Part shown: one piece after another, positions 27,637 to 36,682 of the stretch | Layout: each line of letters starts with the position of its first letter | How positions within the stretch are numbered: position 1 is the stretch's first letter | Program-made: the position numbers and the translations under genes | Assembly (NCBI GenBank): GCA_944333345.1 | Contig: CALVKW010000001.1 | Coordinates: 5,594-69,593 of the forward strand | Origin: an uncultured Bacilli bacterium | GTDB lineage: Bacteria; Bacillota_I; Bacilli_A; RF39; UBA660 | Length of the DNA: 64,000 nt | Reading direction: 5' to 3' | Notes under the pieces: generated by a model | What the model was told of the DNA's origin: nothing | Databases searched by the model: none | The model's input: only the letters and a program-made list of their open reading frames with translations

Positions 27637-30007
27637 ATTCCAACATATCATTCGGAGTAATAGCCACCAATGGAGTACCATTTTGAGTAACACCAGTAAC
27701 AGAATTGCTATCACTGCCATTATTAATAGATAAAATATTAGATAAATTATTATCTGCTTCTGCATCATCTAAAGTAGGAAAATCATCAGAGTCTGAATCG
27801 TCGTCAAGATTTAATGTATTATTTCCCAAAGCAGGAGGTTCTAACGGACTACTGACACTGTTAGAGCTTTCTACAGGAGTATCAAAATTAAATATTGCTC
27901 CACTAGTATTTACATCTTGATTATTAACTGTGCTAGGAGTTGGAGAATCTGTAATTTCAACCAATGGTTTTTGAGGACTAACACCTTCAGAGGTAATAGA
28001 AGGAATAGGTCCCATAGACTGTTCAGGCATACTAACAGGAGTAGGCTCAGAAGGCTCTTCTACCATCCCACCTAAATTTTTAGAAAGATCATCAAATTCT
28101 TTATTTAAATTCCCATCGGAAAAACTATTAGTAGTACTAAAAGAAGAATCAGAAATATTAGAATTTACTGGTGTGGAAGGAACGGAAGGAATAGAAATAG
28201 AAGCAGTAGCAGGACTTTCTTCTGGTACAGTTCTTCTCGTTCCACCTCCAGAACCATTACCATTCCAAATTGTAACAACATCACAGTTTCCACTCCATGG
28301 AGCAGGGTTAGGCATCTCCAATTTACAAATTAATGGTATTTTAAATGCCATACCAAATCCTAAACAAGTACCAGATTGTAACGTCTTTTGTTTCTCAACA
28401 ATTTCATCACTAATATTAGGAACCATCTTTCGGATATAATCTACATCAGTAGGGTGATTCATTTTAAATATTAAGAAATTAGAGCATTGAGAAATAACAG
28501 TATCAGAAAGTTCAACTGGTCTTTGTGATATAAGACCTAATAAAACTCCATACTTACGCCCCTCTTTAGCAATACGTTCAAATATATTATAACCAATCAA
28601 GAAACGGTCTGTATCATTCTGAATATAACGGTGAGCTTCTTCAACAATAATATGAAAAGGAATACTAGCTCTCTCTTTTAATCCTTTAGCAAACTCAAAT
28701 ACCAAACGGGAATAAATCTTAGTAATAACTTTAGCAAAGTCATCATCAACATCATCCAAATTGAAATTAACAATTTGATATTTACGACCATTATTAATAA
28801 GTAAAGAAGACAAATAACTCTCTAATGAAATATAATTAGGGACATCAAAGAACTTCGCATTTTCTCCAACAATTAAAGAATGTAGACGGACTTTAATAGT
28901 AACAGCATCACCGTAGGTATTTTCATTACGAAGCCATCCTTCACTAATCAAAGTAAAGTTAAGAGCTTTCTCTAAAGTATCTAGAGTATAGAAAACTCCA
29001 CCTTTAGGCTCATAATTATCATATTCATTTTTAATAAATGAAGAAACATACTCGGTAAGCAATACACTTTCAGAAAACTGTCCTTGAGAATCAATTAAGA
29101 AACATTCACGGAATTTTCTAGTATATCCAATACCTTGTACAGGAGCCTCTAAATTAAATTGAGGTGTAGAACAACTAGCCAAAATAGAAAATATTTCATT
29201 TCTCTTATTAGGAGAAGTCTCATTGGTGTAAAGAATGGTCATAATAGCTTTCGCAATCAAATGATTCTTATAGTTATTAGCATCCATATCCGTCTGTGAA
29301 AATATTAATGCTAACTTTAACATTCTTTCAATAATTGGTAATTGAGAATGATTTGTAGCTTGTAATAACAAAGCTAAATCACTAGCATTAAGTAACCAAA
29401 TAGGAAGACGCAATTTCTCACCAATTCCATCCACTTCATTCGTACTAAAAAAGCGATAATGATAATTAGGATTAATAGAATTTAAATTGTTAAAAGCGTT
29501 ATAATATTCACCAGAAGAATCAAAAAGTAAGATATTTGCTTTATAAGGAAACAATCTTTGATCATGAAACATATTTTGAAAAAGACGAGATACTCCACAA
29601 GATTTACCACTACCACTGTTACCAAAAATAGCAAAGTGATTACTAAAAAAATTATTAACATCTAAATAAACTGGAAAATCATTATAAAAGGGACTAACAC
29701 CAAATCTCATATATCCTTCTTTATCTTCTCCAACAATCATAGGAATCTCGGACTGATCAATAACACGAATAGAAGCATCCAATGCTGGTTTACGAATCGT
29801 ACCACCAATTAACCTACCATTAACAATCTCACCTAAAAACCTAGCTTTAACAATATCTTTATCTAAGTCGTCTACTTCACCCAATACTTTTTTATCTTTA
29901 TCTTCAAATATAAGATGCAAATTCATCAAATTAACAGTCAAATGATCTGCATCTTTCAAACGGATATTTGCAGAATGATCACTAATATAAACTATTCTAT
30001 CAAACAT
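27635..30007 (-). CDS. HerA/DUF87-family (FtsK-HerA superfamily) ATPase with a roughly 230-aa disordered, acidic, S/T/P-rich C-terminal tail
   Basis: Walker A is GNSGSGKS. Walker B is HIIVEEAHRY. HerA-type blocks are ISQRPVELSDTVISQCSNFLIFKMNHPTD. The N-terminal region resembles a HAS-barrel. No NurA or Sir2 partner lies in cis. Confidence 0.8.
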   Translation of the reverse strand: MFDRIVYISDHSANIRLKDADHLTVNLMNLHLIFEDKDKKVLGEVDDLDKDIVKARFLGEIVNGRLIGGTIRKPALDASIRVIDQSEIPMIVGEDKEGYMRFGVSPFYNDFPVYLDVNNFFSNHFAIFGNSGSGKSCGVSRLFQNMFHDQRLFPYKANILLFDSSGEYYNAFNNLNSINPNYHYRFFSTNEVDGIGEKLRLPIWLLNASDLALLLQATNHSQLPIIERMLKLALIFSQTDMDANNYKNHLIAKAIMTILYTNETSPNKRNEIFSILASCSTPQFNLEAPVQGIGYTRKFRECFLIDSQGQFSESVLLTEYVSSFIKNEYDNYEPKGGVFYTLDTLEKALNFTLISEGWLRNENTYGDAVTIKVRLHSLIVGENAKFFDVPNYISLESYLSSLLINNGRKYQIVNFNLDDVDDDFAKVITKIYSRLVFEFAKGLKERASIPFHIIVEEAHRYIQNDTDRFLIGYNIFERIAKEGRKYGVLLGLISQRPVELSDTVISQCSNFLIFKMNHPTDVDYIRKMVPNISDEIVEKQKTLQSGTCLGFGMAFKIPLICKLEMPNPAPWSGNCDVVTIWNGNGSGGGTRRTVPEESPATASISIPSVPSTPVNSNISDSSFSTTNSFSDGNLNKEFDDLSKNLGGMVEEPSEPTPVSMPEQSMGPIPSITSEGVSPQKPLVEITDSPTPSTVNNQDVNTSGAIFNFDTPVESSNSVSSPLEPPALGNNTLNLDDDSDSDDFPTLDDAEADNNLSNILSINNGSDSNSVTGVTQNGTPLVAITPNDMLE

Positions 30008-30142
30008 AACAGTCCCCTCTTTACACTTTATCTATTCTAATATTGATTATACTAACAATCTGTCTTTTTTTCAAGACAAAATATAGAGCATTTACAAAAT
30101 AAAAATAATATGATAAAATAGCAGACACTATGGAGGGATAGG

Positions 30143-31000
30143 ATGCAAGAAAATATAGACAGTTTAAATACATTAGAAAATTTAAAAGGACAGTATCGAA
30201 CAAAAACAGCAAAAGTAAACGAACGGATTACTACAGAAGAAGAAAATATAAGAAGACAATTAGATAAAGAAAGATTACCAAAAAAAATACTAAATACTGA
30301 AGAATGGAACAAAAGAGTAACCCAATATTTATATTCCATTAATATTTGGGATATCAGTTTTCTAAACTATAACATGAAAATAGAAAAAAGTTTTAATAAT
30401 AAAGGATCTATCTACAGCACACAATTGTTTTTTTTAGATGAAGAAATGAAAAAAATAGCTCAAAGCTATGGAATTGATAATGAATGGGATTTATTTACTA
30501 TAATGTTAGATTATCAATCTATGAAAAAAGGCCATGCTATAATACAGGATAAAAATTTTATAATTGCATGGAACAAAGCAAATACACTGGGCCACTTAGA
30601 TAAGATTTTTCAAAATGAACAAAATCGCCTAGATTATCAAGGGACTTATGCCGCCTTTCAATATGTAAAAAAACACATTGGAGAAAGACTATCAACCACC
30701 ACAAAAGGGAATGAAGAAGAATTAGTATGGAAAGACTTTGATAAAAAGAAAATAATAGTAACTGAAAATTTAGCACCTATCGCATCCTATATATTAACGC
30801 AAAGAAATCAAATTCCAGGAGCTAGAGTATTTGTAAACAATGGTGGACTATCAAGAACAACAAAAAAGAAAAAAGAATGCTCACCTACCTATGTTCAAAA
30901 AAGACTTATTGACGCCATTGCCTTCGGTACAACCATAGAAAAATTACAACAACAAAACTATGAAGATACCAAACAACTAATATATTTACCAAAAAAATAG
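30143..31000 (+). CDS. Hypothetical protein (285 aa), K-rich, divergently transcribed from the HerA-like gene
   Basis: Good RBS GGAGGGATAGG. A sigma-A-like promoter sits upstream (TTTACA, 17-nt spacer, TAAAAT). No recognisable domain. Confidence 0.55.
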   Translation: MQENIDSLNTLENLKGQYRTKTAKVNERITTEEENIRRQLDKERLPKKILNTEEWNKRVTQYLYSINIWDISFLNYNMKIEKSFNNKGSIYSTQLFFLDEEMKKIAQSYGIDNEWDLFTIMLDYQSMKKGHAIIQDKNFIIAWNKANTLGHLDKIFQNEQNRLDYQGTYAAFQYVKKHIGERLSTTTKGNEEELVWKDFDKKKIIVTENLAPIASYILTQRNQIPGARVFVNNGGLSRTTKKKKECSPTYVQKRLIDAIAFGTTIEKLQQQNYEDTKQLIYLPKK

Positions 31001-31023
31001 TATCACCCAAGATACTATTTTTA
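30991..31023 (+). terminator. Bidirectional intrinsic terminator (A-run, TAGTATC-ACCCAA-GATACTA, T-run) between the 285-aa gene and ylxM
   Basis: A perfect 7-bp stem flanked by A7 and T5 runs overlaps the stop codons of both convergent genes. Confidence 0.55.
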
Positions 31024-31335
31024 TATTAACTCTTCTAATTGCTTTCTAATAGATAAATTATCAACAGATTGACTTAGTTCTTCTAATTTCTTTCTTTTTT
31101 CTAGTAACTGAAGTTTTTCTTCATATTCTTCTAACTTTTCTGTAACAATATGAATTTGTTTAAAAATTGCATTACGACTAACACCATAATTTTCAGCCAT
31201 CTCACCCAAACTTAAATTCTGAAAATAATAATCTTCAAAATAGTTTTTCTGCTTTGTAGTTAATAATTCATGATATAAATCATATAATTCTCCATAATAC
31301 ACAAAATCTTCCATATTACACTCCTGAAACAGCAA
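31021..31335 (-). CDS. ylxM: UPF0122 putative DNA-binding protein YlxM (helix-turn-helix, SRP operon)
   Basis: YGELYDLYHELLTTKQKNYFEDYYFQNLSLGEMAENYGVSRNAIFKQI is a typical YlxM core. The length is 104 aa. Confidence 0.8.
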   Translation of the reverse strand: MLFQECNMEDFVYYGELYDLYHELLTTKQKNYFEDYYFQNLSLGEMAENYGVSRNAIFKQIHIVTEKLEEYEEKLQLLEKRKKLEELSQSVDNLSIRKQLEELI

Positions 31336-31642
31336 GATAAAGAAGTAAATCTAAAATCAATAAAAATATTCCAACAATCGAATAACAAATAGTCATTTTC
31401 TTTCTTCTATAAATTATTTGATTATTATAAGCCATAACAAGTAAAGTAATACCTAGAAACAATTGAAATAAATAAAGAACAGAGGAATCAAAAAGATACC
31501 AAACGAAAAGTCCTATGGTAAAAAAAGTTAAAAATAATTGAATATTAATAAAAATAATATTAAATCTAGTAATTGGTCTACTCTGTTGCTCTGCCTTCTT
31601 TTCTTGATTGCTTTCTTTTTTACTCTTCTTTCTCTTCGCCAT
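31316..31642 (-). CDS. Small membrane protein of unknown function (start probably MAKRKK)
   Basis: A K-rich N-terminus is followed by three hydrophobic helices. It lies between ftsY and ylxM. Confidence 0.4.
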   Translation of the reverse strand: MAKRKKSKKESNQEKKAEQQSRPITRFNIIFINIQLFLTFFTIGLFVWYLFDSSVLYLFQLFLGITLLVMAYNNQIIYRRKKMTICYSIVGIFLLILDLLLYLAVSGV

Positions 31643-31643
31643 A

Positions 31644-32657
31644 TTACACCATATCCTTAAACAATCCATAAATATATTTCTCTATATCAAATACTTGTAA
31701 ATCTTCTTTAGCTTCACCTAAACCAATAAATTTCACTGGAAGCCCTACTTGTTCTTTAATAGCCAAAACAATACCACCTTTTGCAGTACCATCTAATTTT
31801 GTTAAGACAATTCCTGTAATATCAGTAATTTCTTTAAAAGCTTTTGCTTGACTAATACCATTTTGTCCAGTAGTAGCATCAATTACAAGTAATGTCTCAT
31901 GCGGACCATCATCAATAATTCCTTGAATAACCTTATTAATTTTTTCCAACTCTTTCATTAAATTAACTTTATTTTGTAATCTCCCCGCAGTATCAATTAA
32001 TACCACATCAAACGCTTCTTGTTTAGCCATTTGACATCCATCATAAACAACACTAGCGGGATCACTCCCCTCTTCTTTTCCATAAAAAGAAACTCCTACT
32101 TTTTCACTCCAAAGACGTAACTGCTCTACAGCACCAGCACGGAAAGTATCTGCAGCAACAAGCAATACTTTTTTCCCTTCTTCCTTCATCTTCCAAGCAA
32201 TTTTACCAATAGTAGTTGTTTTTCCAACCCCATTAACACCAACAAACAAAAGAACCGTAGGACCATTTTCTTGATATTTAATCTTACTAGATAAAACTTC
32301 ATCTCCTACATAAATGATAAACAATTCATCCACAATAATTTCTTTTAATAATTCAGGATCACTAATTTTTTCTTTCGCTGCTCTATCTTTTAATCGATCA
32401 ACAAAATCCATAACCGTATTAACACCAATATCAGCCATAATTAATATTTCTTCCAACTCATCAAAATAATCATCATTAATAGTACGATATTTATTAGTTA
32501 AGTTAGCAAGTTTCGATACAAATCCCTGTCTGGACTTACTAAGCCCCTTTTCATAAACTTTTACTTCTTCTACTACTTCATTTTCTTCTTTTTTTATATC
32601 AGAAGAAATATCTTTATTTCCCTGAAACATATTTTTTAATTTATTAAAAATACCCAT
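31644..32657 (-). CDS. ftsY: Signal recognition particle receptor FtsY
   Basis: SRP GTPase domain with GVNGVGKTTT and DTAGR. An acidic N-terminal region is present. The start is probably MGIFNKLKNMF. Confidence 0.95.
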   Translation of the reverse strand: MGIFNKLKNMFQGNKDISSDIKKEENEVVEEVKVYEKGLSKSRQGFVSKLANLTNKYRTINDDYFDELEEILIMADIGVNTVMDFVDRLKDRAAKEKISDPELLKEIIVDELFIIYVGDEVLSSKIKYQENGPTVLLFVGVNGVGKTTTIGKIAWKMKEEGKKVLLVAADTFRAGAVEQLRLWSEKVGVSFYGKEEGSDPASVVYDGCQMAKQEAFDVVLIDTAGRLQNKVNLMKELEKINKVIQGIIDDGPHETLLVIDATTGQNGISQAKAFKEITDITGIVLTKLDGTAKGGIVLAIKEQVGLPVKFIGLGEAKEDLQVFDIEKYIYGLFKDMV

Positions 32658-32725
32658 AATAATCACCAACACTATTTTAACATAGAATAACACCCTTTAC
32701 AACGAAGAAAAAATAGTGCTAAGCA

Positions 32726-34387
32726 CTATCTTTGTGGAAAAGAGATAATATTAGATTTAACATATGGCTTTCCTTCAACCTCTACAGTATTAGGAAATTT
32801 ACCACGTAAACGAGAAACCAAACGCTCTCTTCTACTTTCATAAATACGTTCACAACTAGAAATAGCGTCACAAACATCTTCTAAATCTACTTGATCATGT
32901 TCATGAAAAGAAGCAAAAGCAAATGATTTTTCTAAAACAGAAAGAACTAAATGAGGATTATATTGCATATCATCATTAACTCTTCCCTTCTTATCCGTTC
33001 CTTGAATTAAAGTATCAAAAATTTTCATCTTCTCATCATTATTAAATGCAAACTCAACACCGGTCAATTCTTCATATCTTGAAATAGAACCATTCAAAAT
33101 AGAATACAAAATATCATTTTCAGGTTCTTTCAAAGTAATGGTATCAAATCTTCTTCGAAAGGCATCATCCATAGCAAAATACTTTTGATATTCCTCCGTA
33201 GTAGTTGCTCCAATCATCTGAATATCCCCACGAGATAAATAAGGTTTTAACATATTCATAAAATCAAGACCATCACTACTAGAAGCTCCGGTTCCTTTTA
33301 CTGTATGAATCTCATCCAAAAACAAAATAGTATTTTTATCTTCTCTAATTGCTTTCAATAAAGATTCTACTCTTTCTTCAAACTCTCCTCGATATTTCGC
33401 ATCAGCAATAAGTTCTGAAGTATTAATCATTAAAATTCTCTTATCTAAAAGACATTCTGGAACCATACGATTTTGAATACGATAAGCAATACCTTCTACA
33501 AGAGCCGTTTTTCCCACTCCAGCAGGCCCTAACAAAATAAGTGATCTAGTAATCAAAGAAACAATAGCTTGATCTATCTCTTTTTCTCTACCAATCGCAG
33601 GATTCATCACAAAATCCTCATCGGTTAAATATTTACCATAATCTTTTAAAGGTTCTTTTGCTTTCGATATTCCCAAAAGTTTATTCATAAAGTCAGCGGC
33701 TTCTTCCTCACATTTTTTCTTAACCTCTGGATGTTCCGTAAGATATTCATCAACTTTTATATTTACTCTATCAATAAAATAACGTTCTACTAATTTAGAA
33801 GAAAAAATAGAATCTTTAGAAACTTTCGATATCACTTCAGATACAATAGATGAATTTCTTTCAGAATTGAACAAATCAACAACTAAAGCTTCCGGACTAA
33901 CCAAGAAATAACGAGAAATTAATAATTTTTCCATCGGTGCAAAATACTTAGAATAACAAGAGTCAATACTTTCTTCATCCGCTTCCAAAACGGAATATCT
34001 ATCAATATCTGGAAAACATTCCAAAACTTTCTCAAGAGTAATATTAAAATCACCAAACAATTCTTTCGCATCATTATCCGTAGTTAATACAGCCAAAAGC
34101 AAAGATAAACTTCTTTTATCCACATGATTTAACATATTGTTTTTTAACATATTGTTTTTTTCACCAAAATAAGAATCAAGTTCAGAAAGTGGACTACTAC
34201 CAGTAAGAATATCTAATGGCATTCCTAAAAAACTGGGTTTAGAACTCATTTCCGACTTTTCAAAAGAAAGTGGTTGATTAACAATACCTGCGTACCAATG
34301 AGCAGCCTCTCGTAAAATATCATAAACTTCAGGTGTCATATTTCCTTTCATTTCATCATCCCCCATAACTGTGAACATATTATACAA
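32726..34387 (-). CDS. ClpA/ClpB/ClpC-family AAA+ ATPase carrying only an N-domain-like region and the first nucleotide-binding module (D1). There is no D2 and no ClpP-docking loop.
   Basis: The Clp-N-like repeat is LSLLLAVLTTDNDAKELFGDF. D1 blocks are NPAIGREKEIDQAIVSL, GPAGVGKTALVEG, LFLDEIHTV, the sensor GATTTEEYQKYFAMDDAFRRRF, and EPENDILYSIL. The protein ends about 70 aa after D1. Confidence 0.75.
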   Translation of the reverse strand: MYNMFTVMGDDEMKGNMTPEVYDILREAAHWYAGIVNQPLSFEKSEMSSKPSFLGMPLDILTGSSPLSELDSYFGEKNNMLKNNMLNHVDKRSLSLLLAVLTTDNDAKELFGDFNITLEKVLECFPDIDRYSVLEADEESIDSCYSKYFAPMEKLLISRYFLVSPEALVVDLFNSERNSSIVSEVISKVSKDSIFSSKLVERYFIDRVNIKVDEYLTEHPEVKKKCEEEAADFMNKLLGISKAKEPLKDYGKYLTDEDFVMNPAIGREKEIDQAIVSLITRSLILLGPAGVGKTALVEGIAYRIQNRMVPECLLDKRILMINTSELIADAKYRGEFEERVESLLKAIREDKNTILFLDEIHTVKGTGASSSDGLDFMNMLKPYLSRGDIQMIGATTTEEYQKYFAMDDAFRRRFDTITLKEPENDILYSILNGSISRYEELTGVEFAFNNDEKMKIFDTLIQGTDKKGRVNDDMQYNPHLVLSVLEKSFAFASFHEHDQVDLEDVCDAISSCERIYESRRERLVSRLRGKFPNTVEVEGKPYVKSNIISFPQR

Positions 34388-34488
34388 TAAAAATCAAAAA
34401 AAAGCAACAAAAATAAAGTAGACAAAAAATGAAAAATATAGTATAATTTCATAGTCAGCTTAACGAAATAAAAAAGAAAGGAGTTAAC

Positions 34489-36165
34489 ATGAATAAACCA
34501 AATGAAACAAAAATTATTGTTTTAGGTGGTCTCGGAGAAGTCGGAAAAAATATGTATTGTGTAATGCATAACGACGCAATTGTAATTATTGATGCCGGTG
34601 TTAGTTTCCCTGAAAGTGAACTGATGGGAGTAGATTATGTTTTACCTGATTTTACATTTTTAAAAGAAAACGAAGATAAAATAAAGGCACTTTTAATCAC
34701 ACATGGTCATGAAGATCATATTGGAGGAATTCCATTTTTACTACAAAGTATTAACATTCCTGCTATATATGCACCAAACCATGCTAAAGAATTAATTGCT
34801 GTAAAATTACAAGATAAAAACATAAGATACGATAATTTATATGTATATACAGAAGACACTAAATTGAAGTTTAAAGAAATCGAAATTGAATTTTTTAGAG
34901 TAACTCACTCGATTCCAGATTCTCATGGAATTAGTATTAAAACACCAGATGGAAGAATCGTAACAACAGGAGATTATAAATTTGATCTTACTCCAATTGG
35001 ACCTATGGCTAATTTATATAAAATGGCAACTCTTGGAGAAGAAGGTGTTGATTTATTTATTGGTGACTCTACAAACGCCTTAAATGAAGGATTTTCAACA
35101 AGTGAATCTGTAGTAGATGAAACTTTAGGAGAAATGTTTGATAAACATAAGACAAATCGTATTATTATCGCAACATTTGCTTCTAATATCTATCGTATCA
35201 AACACATCTTTGAGACTTGCTACAAACACAATAGAAAAATATGCATCTTCGGTAGAAGTATGGAAAATAATATTAATATTTCTCTAAATGCTGGTTACAT
35301 TAATCATAAAGAATTGTTAGTATCACCTGAAGAAGCAAACAATTTAAAACCTGGAGAAGTAACAATTCTTTGTACAGGAAGTCAAGGAGAACCCCTTGCC
35401 GCCTTATCAAGAATTTCGAATGGTACACACAAGCAAATAAAATTAAGACCAGATGATGTAGTAATTTTCTCATCTAGTGCCATTCCAGGAAATGCGTTAA
35501 GTATAACTAAAACTATTAATAAATTATGTCTAAAAGGAGTAAAAGTTTATACAAACTCATCTCTTGCAGACTTACATACATCAGGGCATGCTAATGAAGA
35601 AGAAATCAAATTAGCAATCCGCTTATTAAAACCAAAATATTTAATGCCATTCCATGGTGACTATCGTATGTTAAAACGCCAAGCAGATGTTGGAATTAGT
35701 TGTGGCATACCAAAAGAAAATACTTTTATTCTAAAAAATGGTGACAGCTTAATCCTAAAAAATCATGTAATAACAAAAGGAGAAAGTATGCCAGGAGCTG
35801 ACGTCTATGTAGATGGAAATAGAATAGGAGAAATTGGTAGTGCTGTAATCAAAGACAGAAAAATCATGGCAAATGATGGTATCTTAGTAGTTATCATTAA
35901 TGTAAACATGAAAAAAAGAGAACTATTAATTAAACCAAATATTACAACAAGAGGTTTTGTCTTAGTAAATGAAAATGAAGAATTAATTCATAAAATAGAA
36001 GACAAAGCAGAAACAATTATAAAATCCGAGTTAACAAATCCTAAAACAACATTTCAATCATTAAAAAATGATATAACAGAAGAATTATATCCATTTATTA
36101 ATGAATTAACTGGTAGAAAACCAATTATTCTGCCAATTATATTAGACATAAAAAAAGAAAAATAG
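34489..36165 (+). CDS. rnj: Ribonuclease J
   Basis: Metallo-beta-lactamase HGHEDHIG motif, beta-CASP domain and C-terminal domain. The length is 558 aa. Confidence 0.95.
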   Translation: MNKPNETKIIVLGGLGEVGKNMYCVMHNDAIVIIDAGVSFPESELMGVDYVLPDFTFLKENEDKIKALLITHGHEDHIGGIPFLLQSINIPAIYAPNHAKELIAVKLQDKNIRYDNLYVYTEDTKLKFKEIEIEFFRVTHSIPDSHGISIKTPDGRIVTTGDYKFDLTPIGPMANLYKMATLGEEGVDLFIGDSTNALNEGFSTSESVVDETLGEMFDKHKTNRIIIATFASNIYRIKHIFETCYKHNRKICIFGRSMENNINISLNAGYINHKELLVSPEEANNLKPGEVTILCTGSQGEPLAALSRISNGTHKQIKLRPDDVVIFSSSAIPGNALSITKTINKLCLKGVKVYTNSSLADLHTSGHANEEEIKLAIRLLKPKYLMPFHGDYRMLKRQADVGISCGIPKENTFILKNGDSLILKNHVITKGESMPGADVYVDGNRIGEIGSAVIKDRKIMANDGILVVIINVNMKKRELLIKPNITTRGFVLVNENEELIHKIEDKAETIIKSELTNPKTTFQSLKNDITEELYPFINELTGRKPIILPIILDIKKEK

Positions 36166-36188
36166 GCAACTAAGCCTATTTTTTTTGA
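36161..36188 (+). terminator. Intrinsic terminator after rnj (ATAGGC-AACTAA-GCCTAT followed by a T8 run)
   Basis: A hairpin plus a T-run sits immediately at the rnj stop. Confidence 0.5.
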
Positions 36189-36652
36189 TATATTTTCTGA
36201 ATCATAGTTAAACTAATTTTAGGATAAAAATCAGGAATTTCACACAAAGTTTTTAATTCCTCAGGAATTCCCCGAAAAGGGCGAACAAAAGAACGAACAA
36301 CAAATTGTTCTTTGCCTTGTAATTCCATACGATAAAGCAAATCTTCATAGTTTTCTATATTTAATAAATAAGGAAGAATATCTTCGTTTCCACCACAAGA
36401 ATAATAGTTTTTTATTTGATAAGAAAGGAAAGATAAAGCAGGTCTGCTATCCAAATAATTGGGGTTTAAAAAAGTTCTAAAATTATGATTTAAAATAAGT
36501 AAACATCGATAAGCTTCATAAGAATACGTATCATCATGAAATATGATAGACTCTAAAATACAATTTATATCATATAAAGTATTAATAACTGTATTATTAT
36601 TCTCATCTAAAAAGCGGTTACTTTCATCAATTAACCATTGATATTTATTTTC
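36176..36652 (-). CDS. Hypothetical protein (about 158 aa) between rny and rnj
   Basis: ORF with no recognisable motif. Confidence 0.4.
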   Translation of the reverse strand, partial: ENKYQWLIDESNRFLDENNNTVINTLYDINCILESIIFHDDTYSYEAYRCLLILNHNFRTFLNPNYLDSRPALSFLSYQIKNYYSCGGNEDILPYLLNIENYEDLLYRMELQGKEQFVVRSFVRPFRGIPEELKTLCEIPDFYPKISLTMIQKIYQKK

Positions 36653-36682
36653 CATCGAATCCCTCCAAAAAAAAGAAAGCAA

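Noticed and set aside
27571-28439. Several small ORFs (27571..27768 -, 27705..27920 +, 28173..28439 +)
   Set aside because: They overlap the HerA-like gene tail in other frames. The low-complexity S/T/P-coding region leaves alternative frames open by chance.
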